From a virus, in IMG/VR virus record IMGVR_UViG_3300034111_001103, positions 1 through 64,000 of that record: a stretch of 64,000 nucleotides of DNA; one strand, 5' to 3'. Positions 20,165 to 28,479 of this stretch are shown piece after piece. The notes beneath the pieces are model-generated. The model searched no databases and was not told the DNA's origin. It saw only the letters and a program-made list of their open reading frames with translations. Every line of letters starts with the position of its first letter. Position 1 is the stretch's first letter. The translations under genes and the position numbers were made by a program.

Positions 20165-20717
20165 CGTATAATGTTTTTTCAGGACTTTGTCCGAGTTGCT
20201 GTAATTTGTCTTTTACGAAATTATAATCTTCTTCTGTAAATTCTAATTTGATTGTGTAATTTTGGTTTTCAAAATCGTTTGCATCAAATTCTTTGTTTTT
20301 ATCTGAATAGTCCTTTTCCTCCAATACCTCCACAAAAACCTCACTAACTTCAAACTCAAACTCATCTGCAAGTACTTCTACTAATTCAACATCAATGTTT
20401 TGATTTTTTTGTGCTACTGTATTTGCAAGTATCGAAGCCTTATGAAATTCTTTTGTACCGCTTTCAATATCCGTTCTTTTTATTACAACTGGAGTAGTTC
20501 CATCTGTTTCTACTATAATAGCATCATTTGTGAATTTTTGCCCTATTTTCTCGTGCCTAGCATTTCCGCTTATAATTACATTATCGTTGCTTATAGTTAC
20601 ACTTTCAATAATTCCTACTTGTTCTAGTGAATTATCTAGTGTGTGCATACCATACTCGGTGTGCTTGTTTGTATTCCTGCTATCAGGTTTTATATCTTTA
20701 AATTTTATTTTTGCCAT
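20145..20717 (-). CDS. ParB/Srx N-terminal domain protein
   Basis: DIKPDSRNTNKH...IISGNARH; common partner of phage MTases. Confidence 0.7.
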   Translation of the reverse strand: MAKIKFKDIKPDSRNTNKHTEYGMHTLDNSLEQVGIIESVTISNDNVIISGNARHEKIGQKFTNDAIIVETDGTTPVVIKRTDIESGTKEFHKASILANTVAQKNQNIDVELVEVLADEFEFEVSEVFVEVLEEKDYSDKNKEFDANDFENQNYTIKLEFTEEDYNFVKDKLQQLGQSPEKTLYDALVSL

Positions 20718-20845
20718 CACTTAATCTATTTTGAGCCATAATCAAATATAGTACTTTTTAATCTATTACAATTCACACTATCCCACACTTCATCACCTAC
20801 TTTAAATTTTGTTTTTTGCATTTTGTTTGTTTTTAGTTTATTTGT

Positions 20846-21142
20846 TTAAAATGGCAATCCATCCTCTATTTCACTTTTAGTTGGTTCAGCTGGTGCTTTG
20901 GCAGTTCAGTTACTACCATTACTTTTTGGCTCGTATGTATTTAATACTAAGCTCAAAGCGTTTTCATCTTTCTTTTGCTTTAATATGTCAAAGTTTACAT
21001 ACCCACTACTATTTGCATTTTCTTTTAAAAATGTGATAGCATCCTCTACTTTTATATTTAGAGTGCCTAATACGTATTCAGGAGCGCCCTGTCTAGGCAT
21101 CTTACCATAAAATCCTTTGCCATATACTTTTTCGTTTGCCAT
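20846..21142 (-). CDS. SSB-like protein with in-frame TGA before acidic DGLPF tail
   Basis: 78 aa ORF stops at TGA 20906-20908; the same frame continues TAKAPAEPTKSEIEDGLPF-TAA (20846). Confidence 0.55.
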
Positions 21143-21145
21143 TGT

Positions 21146-21514
21146 TTAATTATTTAATCGTTCTTTTAATTTAATATTGTCTATTTTTATTATGTTTAAC
21201 AAGTGGTCTGGTAGGTTTGAATTGATAATACAACTTGTATTATGTGATTCGTTTTCGTATTTTCCACTCCTGCAACCTATTAACTCTAATTTAATGTCGT
21301 CTATTGTCATGCCTTTAATTGTCAATAAACTACCATCTATTACAAGTGAAGCACCTATATCATTATTCTCAAACACTAGATTTTTACCTGTGTGAAAGTA
21401 ATTTACAGGGCAATTTATAAATTGTCTTATCTTGTTATCATATATTGCATATACTCTGCAAAATGCAGTTTTTCTAGTATTTATAATCTGTAAGACCTCT
21501 AAATGATATTGCAT
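21146..21514 (-). CDS. Hypothetical protein
   Basis: Start moved to MQYHLEV just downstream of a promoter-like motif. Confidence 0.55.
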   Translation of the reverse strand: MQYHLEVLQIINTRKTAFCRVYAIYDNKIRQFINCPVNYFHTGKNLVFENNDIGASLVIDGSLLTIKGMTIDDIKLELIGCRSGKYENESHNTSCIINSNLPDHLLNIIKIDNIKLKERLNN

Positions 21515-21646
21515 AATGCAAAAATAGTACTTTTTTATTAATTTACAAATTAAATTATATGAATTATTTAAACTAAATTTTATTGACTTAATTATCAATG
21601 ATTTACGATTTATTTTGCATATTTGTAAAAATTAATTTTTATTTTC

Positions 21647-21669
21647 GTAAAAAGGTTATATATTTGCAT
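21647..21669 (+). promoter_or_regulatory. Bacteroidota-type promoter, copy 1
   Basis: GTAAAAAGGTTATATATTTGCAT contains TAnnTTTG; 22/23 match to 35138-35160. Confidence 0.7.
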
Positions 21670-21691
21670 ATAATTTAAAACAAACAATATT

Positions 21692-21850
21692 ATGACAACT
21701 AAATTAAATCAATCAGCACCTATTTTTTGGAAAGGAAAACTTTGCAAGTTTATTAAATGGGAAACATTAAACTTTGGTGGTAAACTTAAAATCAAAATTG
21801 ATAAAAAGTTTATTGAGGCGGATATTTCAGAATTAACTAATAAAAACTAA
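21692..21850 (+). CDS. Small hypothetical protein (52 aa)
   Basis: First ORF after promoter, A-rich leader; not in ORF track. Confidence 0.5.
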   Translation: MTTKLNQSAPIFWKGKLCKFIKWETLNFGGKLKIKIDKKFIEADISELTNKN

Positions 21851-21856
21851 AAAATC

Positions 21857-22066
21857 ATGCTAACATACTACACACTAGAATATTATCCCACTACTTCAAA
21901 TATTGGAGTTAGAAATATAAGTAGCACAGGAATATTTAAAGGCTCATTTGAACCTTTAAAACCTTATAATCTTAGCAATTCAGATTATGTAAGATTGCCT
22001 CATATTGATTATGAGCTATTAGGTAGAGTGCTGGAAGCTAAAAAAAATAAACTAAATAATAATTAA
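21857..22066 (+). CDS. Hypothetical protein
   Basis: ORF in operon. Confidence 0.5.
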   Translation: MLTYYTLEYYPTTSNIGVRNISSTGIFKGSFEPLKPYNLSNSDYVRLPHIDYELLGRVLEAKKNKLNNN

Positions 22067-22069
22067 AAT

Positions 22070-23434
22070 ATGGACTATTTAGAATTTATTAATAACAAAA
22101 AACATTCAATAGGAAACTTTGGATTTAAAGCAAATTATATTCCTGATATAGCTTTTGACTTTCAAAAATTCGTTATTGAAAAAGCTATTTTAAAAGGTCG
22201 TAGCGCTGTATTTTTAGATACAGGATTAGGAAAGACTTTAGTTCAATTATCATTAGCAAAAAACATTGTAAATCATACTAATAAAAAAGTATTGATTTTA
22301 ACACCTTTAGCGGTTGCTTTTCAATTTATTTTAGAAGCTGAAAAGTTAGGAATAGATGATATTGAATACTCAAAGGATGGTAAGCATACAAAAAAGATAG
22401 TAGTATGTAATTACGAGCGTTTACATTACTTTAATGAATCAGATTTTGTAGGAGTTATTTTAGACGAAAGTTCAATACTTAAAAATTTTGATGGTAAAAT
22501 AAAACAAGAGGTTACAAGCTTTGTTAAAAAGATACCTTATAGATTTTTATCTACTGCAACACCCTCTCCAAATGATTTTATAGAATTGGGAACAAGTAGT
22601 GAAGCTTTGGGTTATATGGGTTACATGGATATGTTAGGTAAGTTTTTTAAAAATAATCAAAACGATACAGGAGGAAATAACAATATAGGAGAAAAGTTCT
22701 ATTTAAAACCACACGCTGAAAGTGATTTCTTTGCGTGGGTTAATCAATGGTCAATTATGGCAAAGATGCCTAGTGATTTAGGATTTAGTAATGATAGGTA
22801 TAATTTACCTGAATTAATAATTAATAGACACGTTGTAGAAAATCAAAGTTTAATAGATGTTAACGGACAGATTCAAATGTTTACACCTATTGCAAAATCA
22901 ATGACAGAGGTTAGGCACGAACAAAATCAGACTGAAGAAAAAAGATGCGAAAAGGCTATAGAATTAGCAAATGGCAAAACATCAGTATATTGGTGTAATA
23001 CAAACAATGAAAGCAGTATATTAAAATCAAGCGACAAAGAAGCAGTAGAAATTATAGGAAGTCAAAGCATTGATAAAAAAGAAGAAATACTACTAGCATT
23101 TGCAAATGGCGAAATTAAAAGATTAATAACAAAGGCAAAAATGACCTCAATGGGTTTAAATTGGCAACACTGTAATCATTCAGTATTTTTTCCTACTTGG
23201 AGCTATGAGCAATATTATCAAGCTATAAGGCGTTTTTGGAGGTTCGGACAAAAAAACGATGTAACTATAGATATTGTAATTTCAGACGGACAAACTAGAG
23301 TTATTGAGGCATTGGAGCAAAAAACAAAAAAAGCAATAGAATTGCATAAAAATTTAACTCAAAATGTAAATAGAAGTTTTGAGAATAAAACAAAAGAATT
23401 TAATAAACAAATAATAAAACCTAAATTTATTTAA
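22070..23434 (+). CDS. SNF2-like SF2 helicase
   Basis: DTGLGKT, ILDESS, STATP, GLNWQ, QAIRRFWRFGQ. Confidence 0.92.
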   Translation: MDYLEFINNKKHSIGNFGFKANYIPDIAFDFQKFVIEKAILKGRSAVFLDTGLGKTLVQLSLAKNIVNHTNKKVLILTPLAVAFQFILEAEKLGIDDIEYSKDGKHTKKIVVCNYERLHYFNESDFVGVILDESSILKNFDGKIKQEVTSFVKKIPYRFLSTATPSPNDFIELGTSSEALGYMGYMDMLGKFFKNNQNDTGGNNNIGEKFYLKPHAESDFFAWVNQWSIMAKMPSDLGFSNDRYNLPELIINRHVVENQSLIDVNGQIQMFTPIAKSMTEVRHEQNQTEEKRCEKAIELANGKTSVYWCNTNNESSILKSSDKEAVEIIGSQSIDKKEEILLAFANGEIKRLITKAKMTSMGLNWQHCNHSVFFPTWSYEQYYQAIRRFWRFGQKNDVTIDIVISDGQTRVIEALEQKTKKAIELHKNLTQNVNRSFENKTKEFNKQIIKPKFI

Positions 23435-23435
23435 C

Positions 23436-24455
23436 ATGGTAAAAGAACAAGTAATAACAGAAAATTATGCAATATACAATAGCGATTGTATGTTAGTATT
23501 ACCTACACTAGAAAATGAAAGTATTGACTTATCAATATATAGCCCCCCTTTTGCAAATCTTTATACATATTCAAGTTCAGAACGTGATATGAGTAATGTT
23601 TCAAGTAATGAGGAGTTTTTTACTCAATATGAATTTCTTGTAAAAGAGATGGCAAGAGTTACAAAAAATGGTAGAATTAACGCTATCCATGTTACTGATT
23701 TGTTTAAATATAACGGTGCTTTAAGCGATTTTCCGGCTGATATAATTAAACTACATGAAAAGCATGGTTTTACTTATATGAGCCGAATTACAATATGGAA
23801 AGAACCATTAAGAGTAAGGCTTAAAACTATGGTACAGTCTTTAATGCACAAATTTATAGTTGAAGATAGTACCAAGAATTACCCAGCAATGCCTGACTAT
23901 ATTTTATTATTTAAGAAAAAAGGAGATAATAAAGTACCCGTAACTCATCCGTTTGGATTTACACACTATGCAGGCACTACGCCAATTTTACCTGAAACTG
24001 TTGGTATTTATAACCGTGCAAATGACACAGATTTTAAAAATGGTGCTGATTTATGGGAATATATTTGTAAAAAATATGAAAACCATAAAGAAGCAGGAAC
24101 AAACAAAAAAAGTCATATTATTTGGCAAAGATACGCGTCAGCAGTATGGGATGATATAAGGGCGGAAAATTGCCTACCTTATAAAGATTCAAAAGAAGAC
24201 GATGACGAAAAACATATTACACCTACTCAATTAGATGTTTTAGATAGAATAGTAGATTTATATTCAAATCCTAATGAGGTTGTGTTAAGTCCTTTTATGG
24301 GATGCGGTAGTGATGTTTTTAGTCCTGTTTCTATGGGTCGTAAAGCTATTGGTATTGAGTTAAAAGATAGCTATTTTAAACAAGCTAAATTGAATTTAAA
24401 AGAAGCTGAAAAACGATTTAATACCTATAAATTAGAAAATTCTTTACTATTTTAA
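23436..24455 (+). CDS. DNA N4-C/N6-A methyltransferase (beta class)
   Basis: YSPPF catalytic motif N-terminal, VLSPFMGCGS SAM motif C-terminal. Confidence 0.9.
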   Translation: MVKEQVITENYAIYNSDCMLVLPTLENESIDLSIYSPPFANLYTYSSSERDMSNVSSNEEFFTQYEFLVKEMARVTKNGRINAIHVTDLFKYNGALSDFPADIIKLHEKHGFTYMSRITIWKEPLRVRLKTMVQSLMHKFIVEDSTKNYPAMPDYILLFKKKGDNKVPVTHPFGFTHYAGTTPILPETVGIYNRANDTDFKNGADLWEYICKKYENHKEAGTNKKSHIIWQRYASAVWDDIRAENCLPYKDSKEDDDEKHITPTQLDVLDRIVDLYSNPNEVVLSPFMGCGSDVFSPVSMGRKAIGIELKDSYFKQAKLNLKEAEKRFNTYKLENSLLF

Positions 24456-24608
24456 TTTGCAAAATCAAATATTATTTATTACTTTTGCAGTAAATCCACA
24501 AATCAATGTACAATTTTATTAACAATATAGCACCTGAAAACACATACCTCCGTATGTGGGTTAGTGGATTATCCAGAGGGTGCTTTTTTTCTTTAAAAAA
24601 TCCACTAA
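24456..24608 (+). promoter_or_regulatory. Promoter plus structured leader of replication initiator
   Basis: TTTG (24456) and TACTTTTG (24480); hairpins CACATAC/GTATGTG and AGCACC/GGTGCT+T-run; TTAGTGGATT complementary to AATCCACTAA abutting the ATG. Confidence 0.6.
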
Positions 24609-25385
24609 ATGGCTAAAAGATTTACAGATACTGAATTATGGGATAAAGAATGGTTTATGACCTTATCTTTAAAGCAAAAATGTATAGTCAAATTTATTCG
24701 AGATAAAGCTGATTTATGCGGTGTTTGGTCGCCTAATTTTGTTATTGCATCTGCTTATATAGGTGAAAAAATAACTGAAAAAGACATATTAACAATAGAT
24801 AAAGGAAATCAATTTAGAAAATTAGATAATGGTAAAATTTATTGCATTGGATTTGTTGAATTTCAATATGGAAATATTTTGAGCGAAAAAAGTCCAATTC
24901 ATAAAAAAATTATTGGATTATTAGAAAATAATGGAATTTTAGAAAATTACAAGAAAGACTATTTATACCCTATCAATAGGGTATCAAATACCCTGCAAGA
25001 AGAAGAAGAAGTAAAAGAAGAATATAAAGTAAAAGAAAAAGAAGAAGTAAAAGAAATAAAACTTGCAAAAATTGAAAAAAATGAAATTGAACTACTTTTT
25101 GATGAATTTTTAAAGATGCGAGTTAAGATAAAAAAACCTGCTACTGATAAAGCTATTGATTTATTAAAAAAGAAACTCAATGAATTATCTGGTGGAAATG
25201 AATACAAGGCTATAAAAATAATTGAGCAATCAATAGTTGGTGGATGGCAGGATTTTTATGAATTAAAAAATGATACTAATACTGAAAGTAAAATAAGTAA
25301 GCTCAAATCAGTTTCAGACGAACTAGACATAAAATTAGGAATAAGCCAAAATAATCAATTAAAAACAAATGAGCAGAGTAATTAA
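24609..25385 (+). CDS. Phage replication initiator
   Basis: MAKRFTDTELWDKEWF N-terminus, E/K-rich linker, C-terminal IIEQSIVGGWQDFY. Confidence 0.75.
   Translation: MAKRFTDTELWDKEWFMTLSLKQKCIVKFIRDKADLCGVWSPNFVIASAYIGEKITEKDILTIDKGNQFRKLDNGKIYCIGFVEFQYGNILSEKSPIHKKIIGLLENNGILENYKKDYLYPINRVSNTLQEEEEVKEEYKVKEKEEVKEIKLAKIEKNEIELLFDEFLKMRVKIKKPATDKAIDLLKKKLNELSGGNEYKAIKIIEQSIVGGWQDFYELKNDTNTESKISKLKSVSDELDIKLGISQNNQLKTNEQSN
24965..25060. other. Candidate replication origin inside initiator gene
   Basis: ATACCCTAT-CA-ATAGGGTAT palindrome plus third ATACCCT, followed by an A/G-rich tract. Confidence 0.4.
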
Positions 25386-25719
25386 ATTTAGAGCTTGGTC
25401 AAAAGAAGCAGAAAAAATGAGTGATTGGGATTTTATCCATTCAGTTAGAAACCTTCATAAACTTATGACATTAAATCATATTGAATTAATGCAATTCACA
25501 GGACTTACTGATAAAAACGGAAAAGAAATTTATGAGGGGGATATTATTAAGTATTATGACAGAATTTCACAAATTAATTATAGTGATTTATATGCTTGTT
25601 TTATTATGTATAGTGAATTTGATAAACAAAGTTTTTCTTTATGTGGTTCTATAAATGATTCCAAAAGAGACTTAGAAGTAATTGGAAACATATTTGCAAA
25701 TCCAGAATTAATAAAATAA
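25369..25719 (+). CDS. yopX: YopX family protein
   Basis: IKFRAW, LMQFTGLTDKNGKEIYEGDI, LEVIGNIFANPEL. Confidence 0.92.
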   Translation: MSRVIKFRAWSKEAEKMSDWDFIHSVRNLHKLMTLNHIELMQFTGLTDKNGKEIYEGDIIKYYDRISQINYSDLYACFIMYSEFDKQSFSLCGSINDSKRDLEVIGNIFANPELIK

Positions 25720-25720
25720 T

Positions 25721-26461
25721 ATGAAATATCAAATTAAAGAAATTAAAGAATTTATTTTAAGATGCTATGCAAGTGCAGGGCAAAATTCAAATAGTGAGGA
25801 CGCAGCACTTTTAATAAATCTATTTTGTAGAGAGGTTGAAACGAATTGGAAAAGACATATAAGAATTACAAACAAAGGTCAAGAAAATGAAAACTGGAAC
25901 TTGAATGAGATATTTTACTTCATTGACTTAGGATTATCTAAAGTGTTTGGCGATTACTTTGGGATTAATTTAATCACTTTTAAGCAATTTGAACACGCTT
26001 ATAGCAAAAATGAAAATAGTTATTACAGAAAGCAATATTTGCTTAAGAATCCATTGCCAGTATTAGAAGCAATAGAACAACATACAGAAAGTGGCAAAGA
26101 TGAAATAGTAATTGATGCAATGATAAGTAAGCTAAAATCAAAGAATTATACAGATGCCGATTTGAATGTTTGGTATGACTTTTTAGAGCAAAAAGGAGCA
26201 ATAAAATTAGATAGATGGAAACAATATGAAACGGATGGAGCTGAAAAATACACACAGGAGTTACACAAACGCTCAAATTTTGCACAAAATAATAATTTGA
26301 AGGATTTATATAATGAAATAAAAAAAGCATTAGATTTGGCAAAAGAATTAAAATATGATGTAATTGAATTAGCTTACCACTCAAAGGTTCATTTTATGGA
26401 ATTAACTTTTTGCACAGATGAAAATATTAATAAACTAGAAACTTTTTTAAAAATTAAATAA
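25721..26461 (+). CDS. Hypothetical protein (replication module)
   Basis: 246 aa ORF in operon. Confidence 0.6.
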   Translation: MKYQIKEIKEFILRCYASAGQNSNSEDAALLINLFCREVETNWKRHIRITNKGQENENWNLNEIFYFIDLGLSKVFGDYFGINLITFKQFEHAYSKNENSYYRKQYLLKNPLPVLEAIEQHTESGKDEIVIDAMISKLKSKNYTDADLNVWYDFLEQKGAIKLDRWKQYETDGAEKYTQELHKRSNFAQNNNLKDLYNEIKKALDLAKELKYDVIELAYHSKVHFMELTFCTDENINKLETFLKIK

Positions 26462-26466
26462 ACTAA

Positions 26467-26646
26467 ATGGAAAAAGAACTCAAAGAACTTTTAAAGCTAA
26501 AAGAAAATGTAGTAAGATGGAATATGTGCGCTGAACTCGATGAAAGGCTAGGAGTAGACCCAACTAAATCAAATGAAAGTGCATTGTTTTACGAGCAGGA
26601 ATTGAATAGTAAATTGAAAAAGATTATTGAAACTTATGGGAAATAA
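26467..26646 (+). CDS. Hypothetical 59 aa protein; stop codon is the TAA of the first attC-like TAAC
   Basis: MEKELKELL...IIETYGK; not in ORF track. Confidence 0.55.
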   Translation: MEKELKELLKLKENVVRWNMCAELDERLGVDPTKSNESALFYEQELNSKLKKIIETYGK

Positions 26647-26762
26647 CGCCTACGGCTTGGCGAAGTTGCCGTATTCCAAATGCCAAATTGAAAAACAAAT
26701 GATAAATTTTAGTACAAATGTTAAATAGTAGTACAGAACGGCAATTTAGCCAAACCGATGTT
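26645..26762 (+). repeat. attC-like site 1 (118 bp AAC to GTT)
   Basis: AAC-GCCTA-CGGCTTGGCGAAGTTGCCGT ... ACGGCAATTTAGCCAAACCG-AT-GTT; 17/20 complementary. Confidence 0.8.
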
Positions 26763-27440
26763 ACAGGAAGCCCTTTTAGAGTGCTTAATCTTTACGCTTG
26801 TTTAGGTGGTAACAGATATAAATGGACTGATTGCGAAGTTACAGCAGTTGAATTAGATAGTGAGCTGGCACGAATGTATCAAGAGAGATTTCCAAATGAT
26901 AAAGTGATAATAGCAGATGCACACCAATATCTACTTGAACATTATAAAGAATTCGATTTCATTTGGACTTCGCCACCTTGCCCAAGCCATAGCAGAGTAA
27001 GATTTACACAAAAAAATAAAGACTTTTATAATCCTATTTACCCGGAAATGACTTTGTATCAAGAAATCATTTTTTTAGAAAATCATTTTGAAGGTAAATA
27101 TGTAGTTGAAAATGTGATACCATACTATGAGCCTTTAATAACTGCACAACAAAGAGGAAGGCATTTATATTGGTGCAATTTTAAATTACCTAATAATATT
27201 GATAGAGAAGAATTAAAAGGATTAGTTGGTGGGAATACAAAATATGAAGTAAAAAAACTTTGTAAGCTACACGATATTGATATTGACTTTTTAAAATCGT
27301 ATAAAGGCGAACAAAGATTAGATAAAGTGATTAGAAATCTTGTTGATTATGAAGCTGGCTTAAACATTTTCAATACAGCAAGAGGAATTATTAATAGGTC
27401 AAATGTTAAAAGTCCTTCACTCTTTGATGGTGTCTTTTAG
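26718..27440 (+). CDS. DNA (cytosine-5) methyltransferase-like, cassette 1
   Basis: VLNLYACLGG, WTSPPCPSHS, VVENV; first 14 codons lie inside attC-like site 1. Confidence 0.85.
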   Translation: MLNSSTERQFSQTDVTGSPFRVLNLYACLGGNRYKWTDCEVTAVELDSELARMYQERFPNDKVIIADAHQYLLEHYKEFDFIWTSPPCPSHSRVRFTQKNKDFYNPIYPEMTLYQEIIFLENHFEGKYVVENVIPYYEPLITAQQRGRHLYWCNFKLPNNIDREELKGLVGGNTKYEVKKLCKLHDIDIDFLKSYKGEQRLDKVIRNLVDYEAGLNIFNTARGIINRSNVKSPSLFDGVF

Positions 27441-27450
27441 GGTTTCCTGT

Positions 27451-27574
27451 AACGTTTGAGAATATGAGAAGTGGCGGGAAAAAAGGTTTGTAGTACCGAG
27501 TGTAAATCTGAAACCTTGAAATACCCATTAAGCTCGACAGTAGCCACTCTTAGCCATTTCTTATATTCTTTGTT
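27451..27574 (+). repeat. attC-like site 2 (124 bp)
   Basis: AAC-GTTTG-AGAATATGAGAAGTGGC ... GCCATTTCTTATATTCT-TT-GTT; 15/17 complementary. Confidence 0.8.
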
Positions 27575-27597
27575 ATAAAATCGTTTTAATGTTTTAT

Positions 27598-27721
27598 AAC
27601 GTAAAATAATAAAAGCAGTAGCGATATGAAAGAACAAATTGAAAATATATTGATAAAGGTTGATGAAGGCACGATGCCTGTTCAACAAGCACTAAGCGAG
27701 CTATTGCTTTTATTTAGTGTT
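27598..27721 (+). repeat. attC-like site 3 (124 bp)
   Basis: AAC-GTAAA-ATAATAAAAGCAGTAGC ... GCTATTGCTTTTATTTA-GT-GTT; 14/17 complementary. Confidence 0.8.
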
Positions 27722-27877
27722 AGCGGTTCGTTGCCATCTATTGACCCATTAGATGACGAGAATAGCGAAATACATAAAATAGGTAGAGAAATAGCTGAAA
27801 TGTCCGATGAAGAGTTTGATAATAATTGTAAAGCAATAACAGATATGCTGTCAAGGTCGAAAGGCAATGACCGCTAA
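27626..27877 (+). CDS. Hypothetical protein: 31 codons from attC-like site 3 fused to cassette 3
   Basis: ATG in hairpin loop, GTT = Val32, stop is the TAA of the next TAAC. Confidence 0.7.
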   Translation: MKEQIENILIKVDEGTMPVQQALSELLLLFSVSGSLPSIDPLDDENSEIHKIGREIAEMSDEEFDNNCKAITDMLSRSKGNDR

Positions 27878-27997
27878 CGTATGGGTATTGGCGAAGGGCA
27901 AGAATAGTAGTACCGATGTTCAACCTTTGCACAATGCTAAATAGTAGTACAACTGCTCAATTTATTACTTCTGCTTGCCTTTTGCCAATACATTGTT
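27876..27997 (+). repeat. attC-like site 4 (122 bp)
   Basis: AAC-GTATG-GGTATTGGCGAAGGGCAAG ... CTTGCCTTTTGCCAATACA-TT-GTT; 16/19 complementary. Confidence 0.8.
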
Positions 27998-28071
27998 GTA
28001 CGCTGTTTTTCTTTGGTATTCAGTACTTTACAAAGTATCTAAAAATAAATAATAAAATTTTAATAAAATTA

Positions 28072-28102
28072 TTTGGAAATTAAAATAAATGTTGTATATT
28101 TG
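28072..28102 (+). promoter_or_regulatory. Promoter internal to cassette 4
   Basis: TTTG (28072) + 19 nt + TATATTTG (28095). Confidence 0.65.
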
Positions 28103-28145
28103 TACTTGATAAGCAATTAAGCATATCACTAAAAAAAATAAAAAA

Positions 28146-28331
28146 ATGACAGCAAATTCAGTAGTATCAAGAGAAACATTCAATAATGATTTGAATAATT
28201 GCTTAACTATTTTAAGCAACTTGACAGAAAAAGAAAATATAAAAAGTGAAACTTATACTTACTACAAATGTGAGTATATATCTCCTGCGTTATACAAAAA
28301 AACAATAATTGTAGCTGTTTATGAAAATTAA
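28146..28331 (+). CDS. Hypothetical protein, cassette 4 gene 1
   Basis: ORF after internal promoter with A-rich leader. Confidence 0.6.
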   Translation: MTANSVVSRETFNNDLNNCLTILSNLTEKENIKSETYTYYKCEYISPALYKKTIIVAVYEN

Positions 28332-28479
28332 GAAAAAAAGCCCTGCTGGTAGAAAGCCTGTTGAAGATAAAAAAGTGGTTGTAAACTTATTTATTCGTCA
28401 GTCAGAATTAGACAAACGAGGTGGCAAAGAAGAAGTCCAAAAGTCTTGTTATGAGTTTTTGGGTGTGTCCGCAAAATAG
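28321..28479 (+). CDS. Small DNA-binding (RHH-like) protein, cassette 4 gene 2
   Basis: MKIKKKSPAGRKPVEDKKVVVNLFIRQSELDK...; stop TAG inside the cassette's right inverted repeat; not in ORF track. Confidence 0.6.
   Translation: MKIKKKSPAGRKPVEDKKVVVNLFIRQSELDKRGGKEEVQKSCYEFLGVSAK

Noticed and set aside
20906-20908. Selenocysteine or genome-wide TGA recoding
   Set aside because: TGA ends several genes in ATGA overlaps (5251, 39552, 40178, 40417); the site is in a disordered linker and I see no SECIS-like hairpin.
27437-28219. Minus-strand ORFs 27437..27688, 27682..27867, 27738..27932, 28028..28219
   Set aside because: They cross hairpin and cassette boundaries, lack motifs, and oppose better-supported plus-strand features.
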